NCBI GenBank assembly: GCA_038496445.1
Contig: JALMLS010000447.1
Location: 1-64,000, forward strand
Direction: 5' to 3'
Length of the DNA stretch: 64,000 nt
Source: Trichosphaerium sp. ATCC 40318
Lineage: Eukaryota; Protista; Tubulinea
Shown: positions 52,293 through 64,000 of the stretch, one piece after another
How positions within the stretch are numbered: position 1 is the stretch's first letter
How the letters are laid out: every line of letters begins with the position of its first letter
Position numbers and translations under genes: made by a program
The notes under the pieces: generated by a model
Database searches by the model: none
What the model saw: only the letters and a program-made list of their open reading frames with translations
What the model was told of the DNA's origin: nothing

Positions 52293-55054
52293 AATAAACT
52301 ACTAGTTTGGCTTATTTGTAGGTTTTTTCTGACATAAAGTCTAAAAGTTAGGTACAGGTCAAAAGTACAGATCACATACAGGTTTTGTACTGTTGAAAGT
52401 ACAGGTCAAAAGTACAGGTTTCATACGGGTTTAGTACAGGTCAAAATCCCAATTCCAGTATTGATGTACATAAAAGATAAAAAAAAATTTGTAAAACAAT
52501 ACCAAACAAGGTACAAAACCATGTATTATTAATAAAAAAGGGGGTTTTAGGATTATTAAGGCCTTTATTTAAAAAGTAGGAAAACTTACTAAAGAGCAAA
52601 ATGTAGCTTTTTGCTGGGTTTGTCATTTTATTGCATAACTTTGGTCTTTCTGTACAATGCATTGTTTCATGGTGGTTTGGAGTTTGGTGCACCAATTTTA
52701 GGCAAAAATGACAGAAAATATGTATTTGGTAGTTTAAAGACATTTTTTACAGGCAATTATGGGTTTCAAACATTTTAGAAAGTGACTCAAAATCATTTAT
52801 TGGACACTTGTACACTTAATGGAGGATAAACCATATGAAATAATCACCACAAAGTCATTGTATAATTACATTTTGGCTGTTCAGCCAAGAAAAATATTCA
52901 AAAAAAGTGGAGACCAAGATTTGGACAAGCTTCATGCAATGTTAAATGCACAAATGAGATAGTGTGCTTTTGTAAATAGTGGTTCTTTTTTGTGTCTTGT
53001 TCAAATAAAAAAATGGTAAACTCAAAACTCAACCATCTCACCCCAATTGCAAACAATAAAAGGTGTATTTTCAACCAAATAAGCAGTAGTTATGTGTATT
53101 GCATGGCTTTAAAAGTAGGTTAAAAATTCTAAAAATACTCAAAAAACCAACAATTTCTTGATTTTCCTATTTTTTGATGAATAACTCAGGTCTACTAGTA
53201 CAAATCCTTTAAAAACAAAGTATGGCCCACTATTAGATACAATGCATGGTTTTGTGGTGGTTTGGGGTTCAATGTCCCTTTTTAAGGCAAAAACAGATAA
53301 GTTTTTGCTTAAGTATGTATGATAAGGATTGGCACAATGGCAAAAACATGGAGTTGGTTGATATAAACTGGATATTGTTATGATTTTTCTTTCAACAGAC
53401 TTAATGTTAAAATGGGATAAAGGCTCAAATATCAGTTGTTTATTTTATGTTATTGAACTTTGTGGTTTTAATGTTAAAAAACAAGAATTTTGGACAATAC
53501 CAATTAGAATACAAAAAAAGATCCTACAGTGAGTAAAGCTTAGAATATGTAAACAACAATTAGATGGTTCTTCATCTACCTTATTTTATGAACTGTTAAA
53601 GATGCTACATTGTATTGATCACTTAATGAATATGTGCATATTAGATTGATTTTTGGTAAACAGAATTTTCATTGGTAAATTCTTGAATTTCATCACCATC
53701 AAATGCCAGCTTGATTGTTGGCTTTGTTCATTTTTTTTGCTTTTGTTTTTGTTGAACCCATCTTTTTTGAAAAAAAAAGCTTTGTGAGGGGTTTTGTTGT
53801 GTTTTTCAGGTTTTTTTTTGTGTATGTTACATAGAATATGTGGTGTATTGACACACTAAGTAATATTAGTATTGCATAATTTTTAACAAGAAAGAAAAAG
53901 ATGTTGAAGGTTGAGTTTTTATATGTCTTCACTCTTTTGAAATATCAACATTAACTTTAATTGCTCTGATGGTAATGCATCAACAGAATTAAACTCCTCA
54001 ACAACATTTTTGATGAGTAATTGGACAGCAAGTTCCTCCAATACCAGCAACCACTTGAGTACCAACAATGAGGCTTTTTTCAACAAATAAAGTAAGTTTC
54101 TTTACCAAACAAGCCAACTTTGCTTTTTGTGTTAGAGTGATTTTAAGGATACAATCACAGTTATTTTCTGCATTTATGTTTATGCAGTCATGAAGAATCT
54201 TCTTTGGCACAGAAAACAAAGCCCAAGTCTCAGATGGATAAGTCCACATTAGGCTTTTGGACAGCTTTGCCTTTTCATTTAGGTGGTCTTTTCATACTTT
54301 ACCTCTCTATTATTGCCAACTTTAAAGCATAGTGGAGCAGTATTCAAGTTTCCATCTGCAACTTTATGTTAAAGTTTCTGACATAGTCAAACAACATTTT
54401 TAAGCCAAAAGAAGTTAAATGGCTGCCAACACTATAAGAGCTCAAATGCATGGAATTATCCTTATTTTGACTTGTAATAACTTAATGTATCTAAATTGCT
54501 TGGTTATTGCCATCCACAACCCTTTTTTGCAGAAAAAAAAAATCAGCTGTACAGGTCTGTACTTTTAACCTGTACTTAACCTGTATGGATTCCGTATTGT
54601 TGATCCACACTCTACCTGTACGAGTTATGTAAGGGATTTGTATGGGTAGAGTACAATTAAATGGCAGCTTGTAATCATAAGGTACAAAAACATGTATTAT
54701 TAATAAACAAGGGTGTTTTAAGGTTATTAGGGCATTTACTTAAAAAGTAGAGGAGAAAACTTAATAAAGTGCAAAATGTAGCTTTTTGCTGAATTTTGTT
54801 GTTTTATTGAATAACTTTGGTCTGACTGTATGAACTGCTCAGAAAATGTAGCATTAGGTATATTTAGGTACGATGCATGGTTTCATGGTGGTTTGGGGTT
54901 CAACTCACCATTTTTAGGCAAAAACGACAGAGAATATGTATTTGGAGTAGTTTAAGGCATGATGTCTAAAAATCTCCTCAAACAGGTCAAAAACATGGTC
55001 GTTTAGTGGTAATAGAGTTGTAATGTAATGTAATGTATTGTAATGTGTTGTAAT

Positions 55055-56123
55055 CAGTGGTGGAATCGGACAAAATACATGTGCCTAAAACGTGCCATTT
55101 GTGTGGAAAATAAACGTGCCCAAAACGTGTCCAAAACGTGCCATTTGCGTGTTTTAACCATGACCTGTCCTTAATAGAAATTTGGAGAAAAATTCAAAAT
55201 AAAAAAATTGACAAACTCAAAACTCAACCATCTCACCCCAAAGCCGATCGCCTCTGATCGTCAACAATAAAACATGTATTTTCACCAAAGTAAGCAGTAG
55301 TTAGGTTTGTATCGGCATGGCTCTAAAAGTAGGCGAAAAAATCTAAAAATACCCAAAAACCAACAATTTCTTGATTTTTCTATTTTTCGTGAATAACTCA
55401 GGTCTACTAGTACGAATCCTTTAAAAAACGAAGTATGGCCCACTATTAGGTACGATGCATGGTTTCGTGGTGGTTTGGGGTTCGGTGCCCCTTTTTAAGG
55501 CAAAAACAATAGAAAATAGGTATTTAGGGTAGTTTAAGGATATTATGGCTCAATAACTCCATTAAACCCCTTTTTAAAGACGATTATTGGATTTGAGATT
55601 TTTTGCCTAATTAGGTAAATTCTTGCTTAAGTATTTACAATAAGGCAGGATTGGAGAAAAAAGCAGGTAAAATGGCAAAAACATGAAGTTGGTTGATATA
55701 AACTGGGTATCGTTTATGTGGGGATAGTTTTATGTAAAGTTTGTAATAATTGTACCAAACCTCTTTGTAATCGTTATGTGTTATGTATCGTAATAAACTG
55801 TTATTTTTTTTTCCTCTATAAAGTGGTGTTTTATGCGTGCCCAAAACGTGTGATATGTGTGGCAAATATGTGTGCCCAAAACATGCCCAAAATGTGGCAA
55901 ATAAACGTGCCTAAAACGTGCCCAAAATGTAGATAATAAACGTGCCCAAAACGTGGCCAAAACGTGCGATTTGCGTGGCCAGCATGTGGAAGAGAAATGT
56001 GCCTTTTGTGTGGAAAAAAAACATGCCCAAAACGTGTCCAAAACGTGTCTTTTGTGTGGAAAATAAACATGCCCAAAATGTGCCCAAAACGTGTGATTCG
56101 CGTTCTGTCCGATTCCACCACTG
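55055..56123. mobile_element. Non-autonomous TIR element (MITE-like) with AAAACGTGYCC subterminal arrays
   Basis: Perfect 18-bp TIRs: CAGTGGTGGAATCGGACA (55055) and TGTCCGATTCCACCACTG (56106-56123). Flanked by AT on both sides. Confidence 0.8.
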
Positions 56124-56198
56124 ATGTAAATGTACTTGTAATAGTTAAGAAAACAATAAGCCAATCCATCGTTTTTACTATTTTGTGTACACAATTAT

Positions 56199-56650
56199 AA
56201 CTGCCGACACATATTTTGACCTGTACCTAACCTGTACGGGTTCCGTACTTTTGACCCGTACTCAACCCGTACGGAACCTGTACTTTTGACCTGTACTCAA
56301 CCCGTACAGGTTCCGTACTTTTGACCCGGATTAAACCCGTACGTAACCCGTACTTTCGACCTGTACAAAACCTGTACGGGATCCATACTTTTTGACCCGT
56401 ACTCTACCTGTACATTATCCGTACTCCCAATTTTACTACTGTAACTGCTGACACATATTTTGACCTGTACAAAACCTGTACAGGATCTGTACTTTTGACC
56501 TGTACTCAATCCATACAGGTTCTGTATTTTTGACATGAATTAAACCTGTATGTGTCCTGTACTTTCAACCTGTACAAAACCCATACAGGATCCATACTTT
56601 TTGACCCGTACTCTACCTGTACATTATCTGTACTCCCGATTTTACTACTG
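56199..56650. repeat. Tandem ~243-bp duplication built from (A/G)CC(C/T)GTAC units, each copy ending TTTTACTACTG
   Basis: Copies start aactgccgacacatatttt (~56199) and aactgctgacacatatttt (~56443). Confidence 0.85.
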
Positions 56651-56658
56651 ATGTTGAA

Positions 56659-56763
56659 CAGTGGTGGAATCAAACAAAATACATGTGCCTAAAATGTGCC
56701 ATATGTGTGGAAAATAAATGTGCCCAAAACATGCAATTTGTGTGCTGTCTGATGCCACCACTG
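56659..56763. mobile_element. 105-bp deletion derivative of the CAGTGGTGG TIR element
   Basis: CAGTGGTGGAATCAAACA...TGTCTGATGCCACCACTG, flanked by AA on both sides. All CpGs of the longer copy are lost. Confidence 0.75.
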
Positions 56764-57114
56764 AATGTACATGCCACATACAGATTAAATGCAGGTTGCA
56801 AGTACCTGCCATGTATGGGTTTTGTATGTACCAAAATTATACTAGCATAATCTTTAATCCTGCTTTTTTATATTTGGCTAATGAAAGCTAATTAATACTG
56901 GTAGGGGTTTTTTATGGAATTTAAATGATTATGTTAAAAAAATGTTTAAAGATTTAGCAAGGTGTGCATTTTTCTTTAATTGGTACAAAACTGTGCTATT
57001 GGAAACCTATTCTCCACTTTAACCAAGACATTAACTTACAATCCTTTATTTAATTAAAGCCTGTTCAAAGAGGATAAGTAATAGTTTGTCATACAGATTT
57101 CCACAAAACTTTAT

Positions 57115-58377
57115 TTATGTACAAAAACATGCATTTTTACATTGGTTAAAATTCTGTTGATAATATTGCTGAGACCAAACATTTGACACCTGAAAAACTC
57201 CCAAATTATGCCAATTTTTACAAAATTCTCCATTAACTTCATGTGGACCTATAATTGTTAACAAAGACAATACATAGTAATACACATACCAAACAAATCC
57301 TTTTGAGATAAATAAAAAATAGATTTAATAGCCATCAACCAAATGCCAAGGGATGTGTCTTCATTTGCATAATGAGCCAATATAGTAGCTTTCTGCATTT
57401 TGCCAAACTGCCAAGAAAGATCCATAGATAATAAATAACCAGAGCTACCATCTGGGCACTTGAACAACATAAGATAAAGACGAGTATTTTTGCACTTACT
57501 GGAGGATATCTTTTAAGAGGGTATTTATGTTCTTGCCATTTACCAGAGTGCTTTACCTTCAAATTACGCTTCACATTGGTCCATAATGTGCGAATTGGCA
57601 ACAATGAAGGCAGTGTTACCATGAATTTGCTTACATCTATCTTAAAAAATGCAAGTCAATAACAACCAATACCAACTGTTTATATGCACCCATTTGTCAT
57701 CCTAGCTTATTTTAGCAAAATAAAGACCTTTTTACAACACACATCAATCTTCCAGAGCCAATCAAAAGTAGTATTGTACGACACCTTTAAATTCAATGTG
57801 TACTCATGTAACAACGCCATTTTCAGCGTGAGGTTGTGATAGCTATCAACCAAGTCAAGTTTTACCATGTCATTGTGTTTTTCCATCTCAGAATGAAGTG
57901 CACGACCGGTTGCACCACCCTGTTTATGCGTAAGCCTACACTCACACAGACACGAAGAAAACCGTACTGCGTGGCCCACCACAAAACGTAGTAACAGTTC
58001 TGGATACATAGCGGTCAAAGTAGCTATTTGGCACGTTAACCGATTTGTAATACACCCAACTTACCTCCCCATGTTAGTCTGATGTTGTGGCGACGCTTGG
58101 CATTGCCTGGCGCACTAATGACCTGTCAAGAAGCTGTTTGAGATAAAAACAGGTTATTCGCGCATAATAATCCAAAACGTACAGCAACAAACGCCAAGTA
58201 TCGCTTACCACTACGCGTAGCATGCTCCTTGTGCATGTTGCTACGATAAGTCACCTCATCAGCACATACCATCTCGATATCACGTGTGCTGAGGTGGTAC
58301 ACGTTCTGTAAGACTAGAGCCAAGTACAACGTAAACACGCCTAAAGTACCACAAACGAGCCAATGACGCCAACCCAT
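57115..58377 (-). CDS. Beta-1,3-galactosyltransferase family (GT31), type II membrane protein
   Basis: N-terminal TM, ISAPGNAKRRHNIRLTW, DSYHNLTLKM, KID/DDKW, GYLLSMDL, NEDTSLGIWL. Confidence 0.88.
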
Positions 58378-58554
58378 TATGTAATACAACTGTTATCAGA
58401 TAAAATAGCACCAGAGAAGTGGTTCTGACAGCACTTGACAAGACTAATTGACGTTGTGTGAAATACAAAAAATTGTTGAGTGAAATAAAAGAACAAAAAA
58501 GAACGGTCAGTTTCTATGAGTGTTGGTGTGCTTTAGTATTTTATCTTTACAAAA

Positions 58555-59790
58555 CTACAGTTGCTCCTCATCTTCTTTGTTTTCTTGCTCAATGACCTTA
58601 ACAAGTGCCTCTACGCGTTCTAACCCAACAAATTGTAGGCCATCTCTAGTCATTACAGCGACTTCAATATTTTTACTGGATTCTACAACCTACACAACTC
58701 GTCAATCAATCACAACCTCTGTCACTGTGGGAACACATACCTCCATTAGCGCACGCATAGCGAGTTTTAGTGTAGCGTCATCTGTTTGCTCATCTTTTTT
58801 GTAATTTTTCTCCAAGAACTCCCGGACGGTCTTGGAATTGCGTCCTAAGGACAGGATACTGTTAGCTTCCTAAAGCGTAATAACGCATCACCAGCACGCA
58901 CCAGTAGCGTTGGCGTCCCACTCGGAGTAAGTTCCAGAAGGATCGGTCTTATACAGGCGTGCTGTACCATCTTGATCAAATCCAACTATTCACACCAATT
59001 AATATATAAATGGTGTGGTGCTTGTATCACAAGTAGTGTAAAACAAAAAATCATTTTCAGAAGCAAGAAAAAGAATGTATCCAGTATCACTCAGGCCTTG
59101 TCAACGACTGACAAAAAAAGAGTGGGAGGCGTGTACTCAGACACATACCTATAAGTGTGGATATGCCAAACGGTCTGACACCTCCAGACTGTGTGTAGCG
59201 CTGTTGTAGGCCAGCAATGTACCGCGTGATGTATTCAACTGAAACGCGATCTTCGAGACTCAATCTGTAAGACTGACACTCCACACGAGCACTATAAAAA
59301 AAAACGTTTAGAATTGGCTTGAAAAAAAAAAGCACGTTATGCAAGGGAGGAAAAGCAAAAGTATGAGCAATGTCACTACAAGCACGGCAAGAGTTCAAGG
59401 TGTCGGCCTTATTTGATTTATTTTTTTGATAAAACTTTGTATTCGTGTCGGTGGGTTAAAAATGCGCGTTAATTAAGGCGTCGTACCGATTTATAAGCAC
59501 ACGAGCATCTGCTGTAAGGCCAGCGAAGGCAACGCAAACATGTTCGTCTATTGTCAATATTTTACGTAGCGTACGAGCCTCTTGAAGCTTCGCCACCGTT
59601 TTTTTTTCAACAGCAAGGACAATTGAGTCTTTTCCACGCACAGCGACCTGAAATTGCGTGTAAATAGCCCGCGATGATGAATTTAACGTGCCGCTGTCGT
59701 TCCTTTGTTTACAGCTTGCAAAGCGTATTCCACCTGGAACAAGTGACCGTCTGGTGAGAAAACAGTTATAGCTCTATCGTATCTCGCCAT
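58555..59790 (-). CDS. PSMA7: 20S proteasome subunit alpha-4
   Basis: [24 protein letters not shown]...[15 protein letters not shown]...[15 protein letters not shown]...[13 protein letters not shown]. Confidence 0.97.
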
Positions 59791-59897
59791 TTGCTTCTCT
59801 GCTTACAATTTTGTTGTGTTGCATAAGTCACGACAGCTTCGTGTCCGCTTAAAAACAGCGTTCAAAAAAACCAAAAACTCAAAAATCTCACCTCAAA

Positions 59898-60480
59898 ATG
59901 GAAGTAATTGGCCCAGTAGCTGAAGGAACTTTAAATTTCGTACGTAAAACGTACTGGAACAAGCAACTGCGCAATCCTATGCGCTGCAACTACGATTGCG
60001 TCCAAGCCCACCAATGTAAAGCAAACAAAGGTCAGTACTATCACTTGTACGCGCATTAAACGAATGTAGAGTGGTTGGAAGATTTTGAAGAGCGTAGAAG
60101 CCACTTGAGCCGTACGGTTAACAAGGTCAAGGTAGTATGGTGCTACTGGGCTGCTCCATTGCAAAAGGTAACAACAACAATTTCCGAAAAGCCCAGACAA
60201 AAGTGGTTTTGCTAGTATTCAGCTCACGCTAGTGTAGATCAACGAGGTGTTGTCGTTTGGATGGGAACGCGGTTTAGGCGGTTCGCCATTGAACGTGTAC
60301 GAGGACCCAGCTGAGGCTATCAGCTTTGCCACCGACAAGGTACTTGTCGTCTGTAGGTGCGCACTAGGCGGTGGTGCCGACTACAACTATGACCCTATTT
60401 CATCCAAGTACACGTTTAAAGACGGAATGCAAGTGCTCCCAGCATGGCTTGTCACAGTAAAGGCACGTGGCTGGATTTGA
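59898..60480 (+). CDS. Small stand-alone protein with a degenerate PARP/ADP-ribosyltransferase-like fold
   Basis: Three exons: MEVIGP...KANK/EWLEDFEERR...VVWCYWAAPLQK/INEVLSFGW...LNVYEDPAEAISF..VLVVCRCALG...YTFKDGMQVLPAWLVTV. Confidence 0.58.
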
Positions 60481-60818
60481 GGTTTTTAATGTTGAATAAC
60501 CTTCTCAAATGACCTTTTGAAAAAAAAAAAAACGTTAACGGCTAATTGTCCCTCCTACAGGCTAGCGGACAAGGGCAAATCACCCAAGTATCCACAGCTA
60601 CAACAGAAGTAACAATATGTGACGATGTAAACATCGAAGTCACCATTGATTTATAATTCAGCACTCACTCCTTTCACTCACTTAGTAGCTCAGCACGAAA
60701 TAAAACAAATTTTACAGTTAAACTGAGCCTTGATGGAAAAGTTTTGGTTTTTTTATTGAATTTTGTGGTAATTTTGTTGTAGTTGCAATTTGTTTGAAAT
60801 AATATAAATATACTACTA

Positions 60819-63203
60819 TTAGTAATCATCCCCTTCTTTCTTGCGTTGTGTTGGCCGGTACACCTTGCGGCCAGAATTCCTGCCACCATAGTTGGAATGA
60901 TTATTGGACTGGTTGTTGTAATAACGTCTTTGATTGTTGTTCCGTCTGTCGCCATTGTGATTATACTTTCGTCGGCGGTTACCGTATGAAGGCGCTGAGT
61001 TGACAGTTTGAGATCCAAATGTCTCTTCATCAAGTCGTCTCTGTTGTGAGTAATTGTGTCTTCTACCAGTGTCTTTACCGGCCTTACGTGCCAGCTTCTC
61101 TTTAGTCTCGCACGAGATGTCATCAAAAAAGTCAGCGCCACCATCATAACTAGGTGCATCCGCTGCTTCTGGGTCTTCCTGATCGAGAGTAATATCTTCG
61201 ATTTGCTTTGCGACTTGTTCCATAATCTTGTCTTTATCATATTTTTGGTGTGATTTTTCAAAACTGAATTCACCATCTTGGAATTCAGGCTCAAGGTTGC
61301 GATCCGACCACCCCTTTCTATAATTGTTTCTACGACGGTAGCCACTAAATAAGGCATTAGAGGGGACGTTGTTTTCCAAGGATCGCAAGGGAGGAGGTAA
61401 AAAAAAAAGCCAACAACAAAATAATAATACACAAAAAACAAATGATTTGTCGTACCCATTGTTATTATTATTTCGTCGATTTTGTCCATGGTAATGATTG
61501 TTTTGCCTGTGGGACTGACGGCCTTGGTTTTGTCTTTGACCGTCGCGATGTTGTGGTTGTTGTTGCTGGTGTTGCCTGTTGGACTGCGTGCGTCCTTGTA
61601 CAGCGCCTCTGTAATCAATTTTCTTGGATGTTGTTGGGGCGCCTTGTGGTGAAGGTGCTGGTCGGGCTTGGCTGCTTGAAGGCGCACCACGACGTTGCAT
61701 TGTTTGTTTTTGTGCAGCGGCACTCTGTGTGGATGCACGTGGTTTCTGTTGTGTCCGTTGTGTTGCGACTTTGGCAGCATTTGCTGTTGGTTTTGACGCT
61801 TGCTGCTTGGCACGTGATTGTTGCTCGGCACCTCTTGCTTGTGCTGTAGTTGTTCGTTGTTGCATATTACGCTGTGGCGTGGATTGAGGCGTTTTGTTTG
61901 GTTGCCCTTGCTTCTTAGGCGCGTGTGTTGGCGCTTTCTTGGCTGCAGCTGGTTGTGCAGGTTTGTGTTGTTGTTGTGGCGCTCTGGTCGCACTTGCGGT
62001 ATTGCTCCTTGCATTCATGGATTGCTGTGGGGCTGTTGTCGTTGTAGCTGGTGTAGTAGCTTGTTGTTGCTGTGTGCGCTGTTGAGGAGGCTGTTGGCGT
62101 TGTACAGGCGGTTGTTGCATGGATTGCTGTTGTGTGCCTGGAGGCTGTTGTTGATGCGCCATATGCTGTTGCATGGTTTGTTGTTGTTGTCCCATGGTTT
62201 GTTGCTGTTGTCCCGGTTGTTGTTGTCCGTTTTGCGGTTGTCCCATCTGTTGTTGGGCGTGTTGTTGAGGATAATAATACCCATTCCAGTATCCACCATA
62301 ATATTGCCTGAATTGGCAAGAAATGAGTAAAAATCGGATAAAGTAAACAGTATTCAGTTCTACCGGAATCCAGTTCAATGATCGGGTTTTGTTCTCAAGT
62401 GGAATTGATTGTTGTTCAAAAAAATAAATTGAGTTTCAAAAAATCTCAGCGAGCGTACTGTGGAGGGTAACCCATTGGCATGTGGCCTTGTCCTTGGCCC
62501 ATGTACTGCATAGGATATCCCTGCGCGTACATGCCATTCTGTACACCATAATCTCCCATGTACGCCTAAAATTAACAAAAAAAAATGAGCTAACGATCTA
62601 GTACAAAAATCCACGTGCAAAACATTTCCGTGGTGTAAACCACGATACAACGTGTGATTTTATCAACGTTTTTTGAAAAGAAAAACAAAAAATTCAAGCC
62701 GTCAATTCACCGTTTTGGCTTTAGTCAAGTGTGTCACCGAATTCTACGATGAAATTGGATGACATTTTTGAAACGTGGCTTTCTCTAATTGGTTATATCG
62801 CTTACCGGAGCATTTAGAATTGCTGGGTCGTTGGGAGGTGTTGCACGCTGCGTGTTTTGCTGCTGAGGGAGCTCACAGACTGTTAGATCCTTTATATCGC
62901 TCCCTCTGAAGATGATGTAGTCGTAAACTTCATTTGTGGGCGCTATTTCTTTCCCACCGTTTGTTCTGCCTTGAGTACCAAAGGAACGCACTAGTCCAGT
63001 CAAAAAAAAACGAGATGTGTGCAAAAGGGCTTCCAATAGCGCTAAATACGCAAACTTTCGCCTCAACGCGGCGACGTACCATTTTGTAAGGCCACAGTAG
63101 ACTCTTTAGTGTCGATATTATACAATTTGCCTTCATACCGGATATCACTCTTGGATATTAACGATATTCGCGCCCCGATGTAAGGTACGTTATTAGATGC
63201 CAT
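60819..63203 (-). CDS. LSM14: LSM14/Scd6/RAP55 P-body protein
   Basis: [25 protein letters not shown]...VRSFGT...[13 protein letters not shown]-rich linker, DFDF-like (EFSFEKSH), FFD (DFFDDISCE) and TFG (DEETFG) boxes. Confidence 0.95.
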
Positions 63204-63320
63204 TTCCACGAGAGTCGTTTAATAAAGTTATGAAATTCGCGTCAGTTTTCTGGGACCGTTGACTTTTACTATGAAGCATTTTTTTCGTACGCGGAATTTT
63301 TCAGTTTCTGTAAAGCAACA

Positions 63321-64000
63321 ATGCTCAGGCCTCAATTAGTAGCTCTTGACGCCCACGATGGCCCTGATCCTATGTTCACAGATCCTCAGGGCGCAGCTGT
63401 GAAGTTTACGCTACCTGGACAGGTTATAACCAATGAGACTGATGCAATGCGGTACACTTGCGAAATATGCTTTTTGTGTGCGTAATAGTACGACGTAGAG
63501 GCCATGGTACATGGCTGGACTATCAAGGGGATAAAAAAAATATAATGGCCTCCGTTAGTGGCTTGGTAGAACGGGTTAACAAGTTAGTGTCCGCTAAGCC
63601 AATAAAATCAAGGTAACAATTGAGAAGAATGACCTAAGAAATGCCATTTACGTCCCAAACTTGACACTGTGTTAATAGATATGCTGGTGATGTAGGCGAT
63701 ATCGTTGTTGGACGAATTGGTACGTGACATTAATGAACGCACTACACGCGACTGTAAACTAATCAAACGCACAGTGGAAGTTGTATCTGGACGTTGGAAG
63801 GTAGATGTACAAGCTAGACAACATGCAAACCTATTATTGAGCTCTATTAACTTGCCTGGAGGCGTAAGGGTATGTGTAATACACATAAATAACCAACGAC
63901 TCATTTTTTGGGTTGACAGCGTCGGCGTACATTGGAAGATACACTGCAAATGAGATCGTTCTATTGCGAGCAGGATCTTATAGTCGCTGAAGTGCAAAAG
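63321..64000 (+). CDS. EXOSC2: Exosome cap subunit Rrp4 (5' part; runs off the window)
   Basis: PGQVIT...MR/GHGT...[15 protein letters not shown]...[14 protein letters not shown]...RWKVDV...[11 protein letters not shown]...DLIVAEVQ. Confidence 0.92.

Larger units (their letters stand above)
52340..56770. mobile_element. Nested, decayed transposon/repeat island
   Basis: No spliceable genes. GTACAGG arrays at 52350-52445 are inverted relative to CCTGTAC/CCCGTAC arrays at 56200-56650. Diverged direct duplication 52507-53390 vs 54679-55720. CAGTGGTGG TIR elements present. Confidence 0.75.

Noticed and set aside
55830-56650. Short periodic repeats resembling a CRISPR array
   Set aside because: No constant repeat with unique spacers, no cas genes, and a eukaryotic context. 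They are degenerate subterminal/minisatellite units.
60070-60170. In-frame TGA (…VEAT*AVR…) suggesting selenocysteine or readthrough
   Set aside because: Wrong frame. The phase-1 splice gives an open frame (EWLEDFEERR).
60674-62330. Overlapping long ORFs (446 aa, and Cys/Leu-rich antisense frames)
   Set aside because: Alternative-frame artefacts of the low-complexity Q/N-rich LSM14 coding region.

Overview
Intron-dense, AT-rich eukaryotic nuclear DNA, very probably amoebozoan (the Rac gene matches my recollection of Dictyostelium RacC). Most ORF-track entries are exon fragments or antisense shadows, so I rebuilt the gene models by eye from GT/GC-AG splice sites. Bases 1-16733 form a giant inverted repeat with a noisy centre, probably a long-read fold-back artefact. 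It duplicates partial RacC, a VWA-mucin gene, DLST and mitochondrial RRF. The rest holds about 20 tightly packed genes, often head-to-head: RacC, a Reeler-mucin, a Pmp-like beta-helix protein, JTB-like, eIF6, RPS27, NTF2, a mitochondrion-targeted bacterial-type rubrerythrin, an OTU deubiquitinase, NC2-alpha, a PPR protein, a TPT-family transporter, MED4, a GT31 galactosyltransferase, PSMA7, a mini pseudo-PARP, LSM14 and RRP4. There is also a CpG-depleted transposon island at about 52.3-56.8 kb. The top candidate for an undescribed system is a pair of paralogous single-pass receptors (29743-35964 +, 42716-48724 -). Each has a signal peptide, a long bacterial autotransporter/adhesin-like beta-helical ectodomain, a PSI domain, a TM helix and an intact RasGAP domain, i.e. 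plexin-like receptor-GAPs with no Sema domain. Other notable signals are CpG decay spreading from the repeat island into flanking exons, frequent GC-AG introns, micro-exons and intronic CACGTG enrichment.
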